Assembly (NCBI GenBank): GCA_963766075.1
Contig: CAVYAN010000010.1
Span: 1 to 64,000, forward strand
Length of the DNA stretch: 64,000 nucleotides
Direction of reading: 5' to 3'
DNA from: an uncultured cyanobacterium
Lineage (GTDB): Bacteria > Cyanobacteriota > Cyanobacteriia > Leptolyngbyales > Leptolyngbyaceae
The position numbers and the translations under genes are program-made. The first letter of the stretch is position 1. Every line of letters starts with the position of its first letter. This document shows positions 21,801 to 35,398 of this stretch, in pieces. The notes under the pieces were generated by a model. It was not told the DNA's origin, searched no databases, and saw nothing but the letters and a program-made list of their open reading frames with translations.

Positions 21801-24800
21801 TTGCTGGAAATGGGAGCCGATTCAATTAATATGCTTGAGACGATTCAACTCGTCGATCAGATCTTTGGCATCGAGCTTTCAGTCCGGCAGTTTTTTGAAG
21901 AACTCTCAACTTTAGAGGCATTGGCAAATTATATTGACCAATCTTTGCCACTTTCCTGGGAACCCCCTAGTTCACATTTTTCAGCGTTTCATGCAATTCC
22001 TGCTGCTGCGTCTACACCGACTGCTACGCCTAGTGTTACACAAGCCGCTTCACCCCGCGCCTCATCGAATGCTGTACCGAACTTGAATGACGTATTTACT
22101 CAAGTCGAACAAATGCAACAGCAAGTGTCTTCGACTCAGGCGGAACTGCCATTAGTACGGGTCATCCAGGATCAACTGGCGGTATTGCAAACTGTCATGA
22201 TGGAGCAGCTATCAGCGCTCCAAGGCGAAACCCTGCGTCGTCCAGAGCTACATTCTGGTTCGACCCAAGTTGGGGGTTCATCTCGTTATCAAAATCGAAC
22301 GAACGATACGCCCGACAATGGACAGGACAATTTGCACAGTGGTAGTTATCGCAATGGCAATGGTAACGGAAAAGTTACTGGTAATGGCAGTATTCGTCAA
22401 GGTGATAGTGGAAATGGCGACACTCAAACTAATCTTAACCAAACAACAGATTCTGGAAGTATTGAAACGGAACTTAAAATAGTATCTCCGTCGATCGCCG
22501 CAAAATCGACGGTTTCTGCGATTGGGGCAGTGCATATCCCTTTAGCGGATCGCACATCCCCTCTCCCGCTCTCATTTGCCCAACAACGTTTGTGGTTCCT
22601 GCATCAGTTAGAGGGTTCTAGTGCCGCCTATAACCTTCCCTTTGCCCTCCGTCTCATTGGGGCGATCAAAATTTCAGCCTTAGAACAAGCGTTCGCAACC
22701 CTGTCAGAACGCCACGAATCTCTGCGAACGACATTTTGTCGAGTGGATAATCAGGACATTCAGATTATTCATCCACCTGCTGCAATCCCGATTGAGCAAG
22801 TGGATTTGCAGGCCCTTGATGATGATGCTAGAGTTCAGGCCGTGCAATATGCCAGTCAACAGGAGGCACAGTATAGCTTCGACTTAGAAGCTGGACCGTT
22901 GTTGCGGGTTGTCCTGCTGCGGCTCCAACCGGATGAGCACATTTTGTTGGTCACGATGCACCACATCGTCTCCGATGGGTGGTCAATGACGGTGTTTGCG
23001 CGGGAAATTCTGTTCTTGTATCAAACCTATGCCAATGGACAACCACTGCGCATACCACCGTTGTCAACGCAATATGCTGACTATGCAGTTTGGCAGCATC
23101 AATGGCTCCAGGGGGCTGTCCTGGAGGCAAAGTTAGAATATTGGCAGCGGCAACTAGCGGGCACTTTGCCCGTGATGGATCTGCCGTCCGATCGCCCGCG
23201 TCCAGCGGTTCGGACAGGTCAAGGCAATACTTTAAAATGGCAAATTTCAGAAACCTTAACCCATGATCTAGAACGGCTCAGTCAGCAGGAAGGAGTGACC
23301 CTCTTTATGCTGCTGCTGGCTGCGTTCAAAACCCTCCTGTATCGCTATACGGGGCAACCCAATATCTTGGTCGGGACGCCGATCGCAAATCGCAACCAGG
23401 CTGAGATTAAAGGTTTAATTGGCTTTTTTGTGAATACGCTGGTTCTGCGCACGGATCTGTCAGATGAACCCAGTTTTCGATCACTTCTCAGTCGAGTCCG
23501 CGAAGTCACTCTGGATGCCTATGCCCATCAGGAATTGCCCTTTGAAAAATTAGTGGAGGTACTCCAACCTGAGCGCAGTCTGAGCCATACGCCCCTGTTT
23601 CAGGTCATGTTTGTGCTGCAAAATGTCCCCCTCCAGCAACTGAAATTACCAAATTTGCAAGTGGAACAGCTAGAGGTTGGGAGCAGTGCCGCCCAATTTG
23701 ATTTAACGTTGGAGCTCACAGAGACAGAACAGGGATTAAAGGCGGCTTTGTCCTACAGTACCGATTTGTTTGATGCGACCACCATTACAAGACTGCTAGG
23801 ACATTTCCAATCGTTGTTGGAAAGTATTGTGGTCAATCCTAACCAGTCGCTGAGCCAGTTATCGATTTTGCCCCTGGCTGAGCGGCAGCAGATTGTGCAG
23901 GGGTGGAATGGGACGCAGGTCGAATTTACCGATAGTTTTCTACTGCATGGGGGGTTTGAAGCCCAAGTGCAGAAAACGCCTGACGCGATCGCCCTGATCT
24001 ACGAAAACCAAACCCTCACTTACTCCGAGTTAAACCAACGGGCCAATCAGTTTGCCCATCACCTCCATCACCACGGGGTCACCACGGATGTGCTGGTCGG
24101 CGTCTATGTCGAACGCTCCCCGGAAATGGTGATTGGCGTCTTAGCCATCGTGAAAGCAGGCGGTGCCTATGTTCCCCTCGACCCCACCTATCCCTCTGAA
24201 CGCATCGCCGCCATGATCGCCGATGCCCAGATGCCGATCATTCTGTCCCAAAGCCATTTGGCCAAGAATCTGCCCGATCATCAAGCCAAAGTGATTTGTT
24301 TAGACGATCCTACCAACGTGGCGACCGCTTCTACTGAAGACCTGAATCTTGTCCTGTCGCCCGACCAACTGGCCTATGTGATTTACACCTCTGGCTCCAC
24401 GGGCAAGCCCAAAGGGGTGATGATTTCCCACCGGGGGGCCGTCAACACCAACCTGGATGTCAATCAACGTTTTGGCATCCAGGTTGGAGATCGGGTGATT
24501 GGTCTGGCCTCTCTCAGTTTTGACCTCTCGGTTTACGATATTTTTGGCTTTTTGGCGGCAGGCGGGGCGATCGTCATTCCCCACGCCCAAGATGCCTTGA
24601 ATCCGAGCCAATGGTTACACCTGATGCACCAACATCAGGTCACCTTCTGGAACACCGCTCCCGCTGTGATAGAAATGCTGATGACCGCAGTCACGACGCA
24701 AGGCCAGCGCCTACCTGATTCCTTGCGGGTGGTGATGATGAGTGGCGATGCCATTTCAGTGGTCCTACCCGATCAAATTCGTAGTCATGCCCATCCTGCC

Positions 24801-27800
24801 ATCCAAGTCTATAGTTTTGGTGGGGCGACGGAGGGCTCAATCTGGTCGATTTTCTATCCCATTGATCGGGTTGACCCCAACTGGACCAGCATTCCCTACG
24901 GTAAACCCCTGTCCAATCAACGCTTTCATATTCTGGATGCCCAACTCAATCCGGTGCCCATTGGCGTCGCAGGGGAATTGCATATTGGCGGCACTGGCGT
25001 GGCTTTGGGCTACTTCAAACGACCAGAACTGACGGCGCAGCGATTTATTCCTGACCCATTTTTCCCTGCCCCCCGAGCCCGGTTGTATAAGACGGGCGAC
25101 TTAGGACGTTATCTACCCGATGGCACGATTCAGTTCCTTGGTCGAATAGATCATCAGGTGAAGATTCGGGGCTTCCGGATTGAGTTGGGTGAGATTGAAG
25201 CGGCAGTGACCCAATATCCTGGTGTGCGGGAGGCCGCGATTTTGATGCGTGAAGACCAACCCGGCAATAAAGTGTTGTGTGCCTATGTGGTGCCCCAACG
25301 CCACAAAACGGTGCACCAACCCTGCAAAACAGTGGAAGTAGCGGAGCTGCGCCAAGCGCTTCGACAGAAATTACCGGACTATATGGTGCCCTCGTTCATT
25401 CTGTTGCTGGAAGAGTTACCCCTCACCCCAAATGGCAAGGTTGATCGGAAGGCACTCCCCGCCCCCCAGAATGAAGATCTCGATGGCCAAAAACTTTATC
25501 TCGCCCCGCGTAATGAGATCGAAACCAAACTGGCGGAGATTTGGTCCACTCTGCTCGGCATATCGTCGATCGGCATTGCCGATAACTTTTTTGAGGTAGG
25601 CGGCCATTCGCTCCTGGCAATGCAAGTGCTCTCCAAAATTCGCCAGGAATTTCAGGTGGAACTCGCCCTCGCTGAGCTATTCCGTGATCCCACCATTATG
25701 CATTTGGCTCAGTTGATTGCCCAATCGATCCATGCGGGGATTGCCCTAAGTTTTCCAGAAATCCCCTTAGTCAGCCGCAGTCAACCCTTACCGCTGTCGC
25801 TGAGTCAACAGCGGCTTTGGTTACTGGAGAAGATGGAAGGACTGAGTGCGGCCTACCACGTCGCAATTCGTCAGCAAATTCAAGGCCAGCTTGATGTCGC
25901 GGTGCTCAATCAATGTTTGGAATTGCTCATAGCTCGTCATGAGGCGCTCCGGACAACGTTTCATTTAGAGGGCGATCGGCCAGTGCAGGTAATTCACGCC
26001 ACCTTGCCAATCCGGATCGAGTTCCAGAGGGTGACCAACCTCCCAGCCGAGTTGCCGATCTTTGCACAAGACTATGCGCGTCAGCCCTTTGATCTCGAAC
26101 AAGGTCCGTTACTGCGAGTTTTGTTGGTCGAGATATCGTCGCACCAGCAAGTCTTATTGCTAGTGATGCATCACATCATTGCCGATGCCTGGTCTTTAGG
26201 GATTCTGATCCAGGAGATGATGACCCTGTATCCAGCTTTGGCGCAAGGCCAGTTGCCCCAATTGCCTGAACTGCCGATTCAAGCCGTTGACTTTGCCCAA
26301 TGGCAGCGGCAATGGTTACAAGGAGAGGTTCTGAAACAACAGGTAGACTATTGGCACCATCAATTGAGCGGTGCTCCGACCGTCCTCAATCTGCCCACTG
26401 ATCGACCTCGACCGACAGAACAAACCTTTGTTGGAGCGGTGCTGCGGATTCCGTTGCCTCTAGCGTTAACCCAAGCGCTGAATCGATTTAGCCAGCAGGC
26501 TGGAGTATCGCTATACATGACCTTGCTAGCGGCATTTGGGGTGTTACTACAGCGCTCCAGCGGTCAGTCAGAAATCCTGGTGGGGTCACCGATTGCTAAT
26601 CGCAATCATCCCCAAGTTCAGGGCTTAATGGGATTTTTCCTCAACACTTTAGTCTTACGGTTGACTGGTGCCAATCAGCCGAGTTTCCAAGACTTTTTGC
26701 ATCAGGTGCAAACGGTCGCCCTAGACGCTTATGCCCACCAAGATGTGCCCTTTGAGAAGTTGCTAGAGATCCTGCCAACAGAACGTAACCGGGGCTACTC
26801 ACCTTGGTTCCAGGTGATGTTTATTTTGCAAAATGCACACCGCCAGCACTTTGAACTCCCTGGAATGCAGGCTGAAGGGGAATTGCTTGACATGGGCGTG
26901 GCGAAATTTGACATCACCCTATCCATGACAGAGACTGGATCGGGGTTGGTGGGTGAATGGGAATATAACCGTGACTTATTTGATGCTGCAACGATCGAGC
27001 GCATGGCAGCGCAGTTGCAACACTTACTAGAGGCGATTACCCAGGATTCCCAGCAATCGATCGCCCAGCTACCACTCATCCCCATGAGTGAGCAAACCCT
27101 GCTTGAGCAGTTCACTCAGACGGAAGCGACGGTTAGCCAACCCCTGCAACCCGTTCATGAATGGATTGAGCAGCATGCGGAACAAACGCCCATGGCGATC
27201 GCCCTCGAAGGCGGGGGCCAGATTTGGAGTTACCAAACCCTGAATGAGCGAGCCAATCAAATTGCCCATACCTTACAAGCCCAGGGGATTAGGGGGGCAG
27301 TTTGGTCGGGGTTTGCCTCGAACGCAGTCCCGATCTGATCGCCACTTTGATTGGCGTCCTGAAGGCGGGAGCCACCTATCTGCCGATGGATCCGACCTAT
27401 CCTCTGGAGCGGTTGCACCACATGCTCAATGATGCGCGGGTGAGTGCCCTGGTGACGCGGGCAGAATTACAAATGAAGTTGCAACTCAAAGCTCCAGTCG
27501 TCTTAGACATCAGTGATGAGGACATCGCTGCCCAATCGACCGCTAACCTGAATCACTCCATCAGTCTGGATCACATTGCCTACATCATCTACACCTCCGG
27601 TTCGACCGGCAAACCCAAGGGTACACAACTGACTCATCGCGGTTTGGCCAACTTTATTCAACAGGCGATCGCCCACTATGGCTTTAAGCCCAGCGATCGC
27701 GTCCTCCAGTTTGCCTCCATCAGTTTTGATGCGGCGGTCGAAGAGATTTACGGCACCCTGTGTAGCGGTGGCACCTTGGTGTTGCGTACCGATGCGATGC

Positions 27801-30800
27801 TGGCCAGTAGTCAGGTGTTTTGTGACACTTGTGCCGCCGAGCAGATCACAGTGTGGGATTTACCGACGGCCTTCTGGCATCGTTTAACCCAAGATGTTGC
27901 CCAGGGCAATGCGGACCTGCCAGCGACTTTGCAAATGGTGATTATTGGCGGTGAGCGGGCCTTGTCCCAAACGGTCAATCTCTGGCAACAGGTAACGCAC
28001 CAGCGCTCGATTCGCCTGCTCAACACCTATGGGCCAACGGAGACGACGGTTGTGGCGACCTTCTATGAGATCACGCCCGAGACCGAGATTCCCCTCGGGG
28101 CGGATGTGCCGATTGGGAAACCCTTGGGGAATGTGCAGGTGTATGTCCTGGATGAATATCTCCAGCCTGTGCCGATCGGGGTGGCTGGAGAACTTTATAT
28201 TGGCGGCGATTGTTTGGCGGCGGGATATCTGAATCGACCCGAGTTGACGGCGGAACGGTTTATCCCGCATCCCTTAAGCCCGACGAGCGACTCTATAAGA
28301 CGGGTGACCGGGTGCGGTTCCTCGCTACGGGTGATTTGGTGTGCCTGGGCCGGACTGATGACCAGGTCAAAATTCGCGGCTTCCGCGTGGAACTGGGAGA
28401 AGTGGAAAATCTCCTCCAGAGCCATCCGGCGGTAAACGGATGTGCGGTCATTGCGCAGACTGATGAACAAGGGATTAACCAACTGATTGCCTATGTGGTC
28501 AGCCCTGGCCACGATCAACTCGGCCCAGACCTGCAATCATTCTTGCTCGCTCAGATGCCCGATTACATGGTGCCAGCTTTGTTTATAACAGTAGCTGAGA
28601 TTCCGTTGACTCCCGCTGGCAAGGTCGATCGGCGTGCTCTACCGACTCCCCAGGCGGCCGATTGGGTCAGTACGGCAGAATATGTTGCCCCCAGAACCCC
28701 GACGGAAGCGGCTCTCGCCTTCATCGTGGCCGAAGTATTAAAGATCGAACGAGTTGGGATTCGGGATGACTTTTTTGCTTTAGGCGGTCATTCGCTCTCG
28801 GCCATGCAGGTGTTGGCCCGAATTCGGACAATGTTTGGCAAAGAAGTATCGCTCCGGGCGTTGTTTGAAGAACCCACGGTAGCGGCTCTGGCCCTGCAAT
28901 TAGAAGGTCCACAACCCACGGTCCCACAGGAGCAAGCAACATCCCTAGCGATCGCCTTAGCCGATCGCAGTCAGCCTTTAGCCCTGTCTCCAGCCCAAGA
29001 ACGACTCTGGTTCTTGCGTCAGCTCGAAGGTGACACAGCTACCTATAACTTGCCTTTTGCTTTGCGCTTGCTGGGGCAAGTGGATCAAGCGGCAATGACG
29101 CAATGTTTGAATGCCATTGTGAACCGCCACGAAGTTTTGCGCACAACCTTTGCCCAGTTGGAAGACCGCAGTGTGCAAATCATCCACCCCGATCAGGCAT
29201 TGACTATTGTGGTAGAAGCCATCGCTGCTGTGGATGATTCCGCAACGTATCTCCATCAGCGTATCCTCCAGGAAGCCCAGATCCCCTTTGACCTGAAGAC
29301 GGGGCCGCTGTTGCGGGTTACCCTGCTGCAAGTGAGCCCAACCGAACATGTTTTATTGGTCACAATGCATCACATCATTTCCGATGCCTGGTCGATCGGC
29401 TTGTTTGTGCAGGAAGTGATGACCCTCTATCCGAGCTTCTGTAGTGGGCGATCGCCGCAGATTTCTCCTCTGCCAGTCCAGTATGCGGACTACGCTGCTT
29501 GGCAACTCCAACATCAGCAGACGGAGGCATTTCGGCAACGCCTAGCGGCTTGGGTACAGCAGTTTAGCGATGCTCCACCCCTGTTGGAATTACCGACTGA
29601 CTATCCTCGCCCTGCGATTCAATCCTTTCAGGGTGGCATGGTCCGGGTCGAACTGCCTCAGGCGCTCACCCAAACCCTCAAAACCTTCAGTCAGCGGCAA
29701 CATAGCACCCTCTTTATGACCTTGCTGGCCGCCTTTGTCACCCTCCTGCAGCGCTACAGTCGGCAGACCGATCTGGTTGTCGGTGTGCCGACTGCTGGAC
29801 GAACTCATCCTGATTTGGAGGCGTTAATTGGGTTCTTTATCAATACCCTACCGTTGCGCTTTGCTCTGACTGAAAATCTCACTTTTGCGACCTTGCTAGA
29901 ACAGGTGCAGGCCACAGCCCTCGAAGGGTTTGCCCATCAGGATATCCCCTTTGCTAAGGTAATTGAAGGATTGACCTTGAGCCGTGACCTCAGCTATTTG
30001 CCGCTCTGTCAGGTGATGTTTGTCTTGCAAAATGCCCCTGCCGAGGCGCTGACGTTACCAGGGTTGACCCTAGAGCCCTTAACGACCCATAGTGGTGTTT
30101 CACGATTCGACATGACACTGTCGATGACGGAAATGGGCGATCGCCTGATCGGCGAATGGGAATACAACAGCGCTCTGTTTGAGGAAAACACCATTGTTCG
30201 GATGGCAGCACAATTCCAGGTACTTCTGGAAGGCGTCATCGCTAATCCACAGCAGCCCATCGGCCAAATCCCATTGTTGGCTCCTCGTGAGCGACAAACC
30301 CTCTTGATGGACTGGAACCAGACAGAACGTGAGTATCTGCCAGACCAGGCCATTTATCAGCTCTTTGAAGCCCAAGTGCAGCGGACTCCCGAGGCGATCG
30401 CTGGCCCAATGCGCTGACCGCACCCTCACCTACCGTGCCCTCGACGAACAAGCCAATCAACTTGCTCACCACCTGCAAAGTCAAGGAATTGGCGTCAATT
30501 CGCTGGTGGGTCTGAGCGTTGAGCGCAATAGCTGGATGCTGATTGGCCTACTGGGTATCCTCAAAGCGGGAGCTGCTTATGTGCCGCTTGACCCCGCCTT
30601 CCCCGCCGAACGATTGGCGTTGATGGTAAGCGATGCCCAGTTGTCTTTGGTGATTACCCAAGCGCATCTCGCGGCCCAATTGCCGACTAGCGATGCGCCC
30701 GTTCTGAACATTGATGCTCAATGGGAAGCAATTTCTCAACATCCCACGACGGCAGTTCCTAGCCCCGTCTCATCGAGCCAATTGGCCTATGTGATTTACA

Positions 30801-33800
30801 CCTCCGGTTCGACCGGACGCCCCAAGGGTGTGCAGGTGACGCATGGCAACGTCGTCAACTTCTTGAGTGCGATGCAAGAGCGACCGGGGATTGCCGCGAC
30901 AGACATTCTGCTATCCGTGACAACGCTGTCGTTTGATATTGCTGTCCTAGAGTTGTTCTTGCCCTTAAGTGTCGGTGCGACCGTGGTGGTGGCATCGCAA
31001 GAGGTTGCCCGAGACGGTAACCTGCTCCATCAATTGCTGGTTGAATGAGCCGCCACGGCTATGCAGGCGACCCCAGCAACCTGGCGGATGCTGTTAGATG
31101 CTGGCTGGCAAGGCAACTCCAACCTCAAGATTTTGAGTGGTGGGGAAGCCCTATCGCCCCAACTGGCTCAAGCCCTGAGTGAACGTTGCGGCTCTCTGTG
31201 GAACCTGTATGGGCCGACCGAAACGACAGTCTGGTCGTTGTGCGATTGCGTTGACTGGACGGCTGATAATGGCACCATTACGATTGGCACCCCGATCGCG
31301 AATACTCAGGTCTATGTCTTAGGGACTGATCTACAACCCTTACCGATTGGAGTACCGGGTGAATTGTTAATCGGCGGTGCAGGCGTGACTCCGGGTTATC
31401 TGAATCAACCCGAACTTACTGCCGAACGCTTCATTCCAAATCCCTTCAGCACTGACCCCAGCCAGAAACTGTACCGCACGGGAGATTTGGTCCGGTATCG
31501 CCCTGATGGTCGGTTGGATTATCTGGGCCGGATCGATTTCCAAGTCAAACTGCGCGGCTTCCGGATCGAGTTGGGCGAAATTGAAGCGGTGTTGATGCAA
31601 CATCCGGCTGTTAAAGCCGCTGTCGCTATCGTCCGACAAGTTGGCGTGGATTCCCAGATGTTGGTTGCCTATGTGGTGCCCGCCAGCCCAGACCTCTCAA
31701 CGGCTGAGTTACAGGAACAGGCACGGCAATTCTTGCCTCATTACATGGTGCCCGCCGCCTTCGTAATGCTAGAAGCATTGCCCCTAACGCCCAATGGCAA
31801 AATTGATCGCAAAGCCTTGCCGACCCCGAAGGGAGAAGACTTTCAAGCCTCAGGCGAGTATGTTGATCCCCGCACGGAAGTTGAAACCCAACTAGCCCAA
31901 ATCTGGTCAGACCTATTGGGGCTATCGCAAATCGGGATCAACGATAACTTCTTTGAGATCGGTGGCCATTCCCTGGCCGCAATGCAATTAGTCGGCCGAG
32001 TGCGTCAGCAGTTCCAGCAAGAATTATCGCTGCGCTCGTTGTTTGAAGCACCCACAATCGCTGCCATTGCCGCCCAACTGGCCGAGGGCACGACCCCAGA
32101 ATCAGCCTTAACCCTAGCGATCCCGCTGGTGGACCGAACCCAACCCATCCCTCTATCCTTTGCCCAACAGCGTCTGTGGTTCCTCAGCCAATTGGAAGGG
32201 GCCAGCGCTACTTACAACATGCCGATCGCCTTGCGGCTCCAAGGAACCTTGAATTATGCCGCATTAGAGCAGTGTTTTGCCGAGATTGTGGCGCGCCACG
32301 AAGTGCTCCGCACCAATTTTGCCCAAACCGATGGCGAAGGTATTCAGGTGATTCAGCCCCACCTGTCCATCCCTATTACGGTGGTTGATTTAACCCAGGA
32401 GGCAGAATCATCATCGCCTGCACTGATTGCGCATTATATGCAAGCAGCAGCCCAAACTTGCTTTGACTTAGAGACAGGGGCCTTGCTCCACTTCAAATTG
32501 CTCCGCTTGTCTGAGCAGGAACACATCCTGTTGCTGACCATTCACCACATCATCTCGGATGCGTGGTCGCTGGGCTTGTTTGTGCGGGAAATTATGGCGC
32601 TGTATCCGGCTTACTGCAGTGGTCAAGTCTCCCCGCTATCACCACTGCCACTGCAATATGCCGACTATGCGGTATGGCAACGCCAACAGCAGCAGGCCGA
32701 TGACTTCCAACAACGCCTAGCGGCTCAAGTGCAGCAGTTGATGGATGCACCTTCCCTACTAGAGTTACCCACTGACCATCCGCGTCCCGCCGTCCAAAGT
32801 TTCCGGGGTGGACTGGTGCAGATAGAATTGTCCAGCACGCTGAGTGCGAAACTGAATGCCTTCAGTCAGCAACAGCAAAAAACCTTGTTTATGACCTTGC
32901 TCGGGGCATTTGTCACCCTGATGCATCGCTACAGTGGCCACACCGATTTGGTCATTGGGACCCCGATCGCCGGACGCTATCACCCCGAGTTGGAATCCTT
33001 GATGGGCTTCTTCATCAACACCTTACCGTTGCGGTTCACCCTCGCTGAGGATGCCACCTACGCCACCTTACTGGAACAAGTACAAGCCAAGGCACTAGAG
33101 GCGTTTGCCCATCAGGATATCCCCTTCGAGAAATTACTAGAACAATTGCCCCTCGAACGGGATCTCAGCTATCTGCCGCTCTGTCAGGTGATGTTCACCC
33201 TGCAAAATGCCCCTATGGAAGTGCTGAAAATTCCGGGACTCACCCTGGAAGCCTTGCCGACCCATAGTGGCGTATCGCGGTTTGACCTGACCCTTTCCAT
33301 GATGGAAGTGGGCGATCGCCTGATCGGCGAATGGGAATATAACAGCGACTTGTTTGAGGCCAGCACCATTACGCGCATGGCGACCCAGTTTGAAGTTCTG
33401 TTAGAAGCCATCTTGGTTAACCCACAACAAGCCCTCGCCACCCTGTCGCTGTTGCCACCGAGTGAACAATACACGCTGTTGACCGAGTGGAATCAAACCC
33501 AGGTCGAGCGACCACAGCAGTGTATTCACCACTGGTTTGAAGCTCAAGTGGAGCTGACCCCAGAGGCAATTGCGATCACTGATCGCGATACTCCACTCAG
33601 CTACCGCACCCTTAACGAACGGGCCAATCAACTGGCTCATTACTTACAGTCCTTGGGCGCACAACCCGATCAGTTAATCGGCATTTGTCTGGAGCGATCG
33701 GTAGAAATGATCGTAGCCATGTTAGCCGTCTTTAAGGCCGGTGCCGCCTACGTGCCCTTGGATCCAACCTATCCGGTCGATCGGTTGACCCATATGGTCA

Positions 33801-35320
33801 ATGACTCCCAACTCCAGATGTTAATCGTCACAGCGGAGTTGATGTCTCGGTTCCCGCAGTTGAGTCCCCATGTTCACTGTTTGCACCTTGAGGCGATGGT
33901 ATCGGAACTCCAGTTGCAACCGCAAACCAATCCCACGAGTGCCGTTACTTCGACTCACCTCGCCTACGTAATTTATACGTCTGGTTCCACGGGCTTACCC
34001 AAGGGGGTCATGGTTGAACACAAGGGTTTGGGCAACTTAGCAGCCGCACAAATTCAGGCGTTTAACATAACGCCCCAGAGTTGTATCCTCCAGATGGCTC
34101 CCTTTAGTTTTGATGCCTCTGTGTCGGAGATTCTGATGGCGCTCTGTGCCGGAGCGCGGTTGGTGCTGGGTCACTACGATCAGTTATTGGGACAAGGTGA
34201 AATCCTGCAGCAACAGGGGGTTACCCACCTCACGATGCCGCCCTCTGCCCTCAGCATTCTGAGTTTAGAGGACTTAGCCGCCGTGGAGCATTTAATTGTC
34301 GCGGGCGAAGCCTGTTCGGCGGAATTGGTGGCGCAGTGGTCGCAACGGCCAGGGTTTTACAATGCCTATGGGCCAACGGAAGCAACTGTTTGTGCCACGA
34401 TCGCCAACTGTACCGAGACGCAGGCTAAACCCCCGATTGGTCGTCCCATCCAAAACGTCCAGGTTTACGTCGTCGATCAGCACCTGCAACCTGTTCCTGT
34501 GGGCGTTCCTGGCGAACTTCTGATTGGCGGTGTTGGGTTAGCACGGGGCTATCTACATCGACCCGAGTTGACGGCTGAGCGCTTTATTCCCCATCCCTTC
34601 TCCACGCAAGCCGATGAACGCTTGTATCGCACCGGAGATTTGGTGCGTTATCGCACCGATGGGCAGTTGGACTATCTCGGTCGCATCGATCATCAAGTCA
34701 AACTGCGCGGCTTCCGCATTGAATTGGGCGAAATCGAATCTGTATTGCGCTCCCATGCCGATGTGCAAGATGCTTTTGTCATCGTGCAAACGGCCCAGCC
34801 CGGGAGTCAACTTCTGACGGCCTATATTGTTCCCCATGCCCAAGCCCCAAGCGTTGAAGACTTGCAGCAACTGGTTGTCGATCGCCTGCCCCAGTACATG
34901 GTACCCGCTGCCTTTATTGTCTTAGCGGCGCTCCCGCTCACGCCCAATGGCAAGGTTGATCGCAAGGCGTTGCCGATTCCTGACACCCATCAGGTCATAC
35001 GCCAAACTGAGTTCGTCGCCCCCCGTAACGCTACCGAGGAAACCCTGGCGCAGGTCTGGGCCGAATTATTGGGGCTGGAGACCATCGGCGTGATGGACAA
35101 TTTCTTTGAACTTGGGGGGCATTCCTTGTTAGCCCTCCAGGTGATCGCCCGGATTCAGAAACTATTCCAGGTTCAAGTCCAGTTACAGCCGCTGTTTGAG
35201 CAGCCCACGATCGCCCAATTGGCCGATCTGATTTTAACTGAGCAGATGCTTCAGACCGATGACGACATCCTGGCGCAACTACTTGCCGAAGTAGAAGCCC
35301 TTCCCGAGGAAGACGCATAG
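18858..35320 (+). CDS. Hybrid PKS/NRPS megasynthetase KS-AT-ACP-(C-A-PCP)x4, probably one gene of about 5,490 aa interrupted by 3 indels and 1 in-frame stop
   Basis: ORFs 18858, 27302, 28210, 30329 and 31061 join inside A domains. AT has GHSLG and HAFH (malonyl); ACP MGADS; four HHxxxD C domains; four GGHSL PCPs. A codes read by hand: DLYNMSFIWK, DAEDIGTVVK, DILQLGLVWK, DASTIAAVCK. Confidence 0.88.
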
Positions 35321-35398
35321 CACATTCAGTTTAATTCTCTGTCTTGTTAAATTTTCTGTTTTGCCCATCCAGTTCACCCTATTCTCCCTGTTGAGTTC

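Noticed and set aside
27290..30410. Programmed ribosomal frameshifting in the NRPS
   Set aside because: No consistent slippery heptamer or downstream structure, the shifts go in different directions, and similar breaks occur in unrelated genes.
31046..31048. Selenocysteine or programmed readthrough at the in-frame TGA
   Set aside because: Non-catalytic position in an A domain with no evident SECIS hairpin; a base error or nonsense mutation is simpler.
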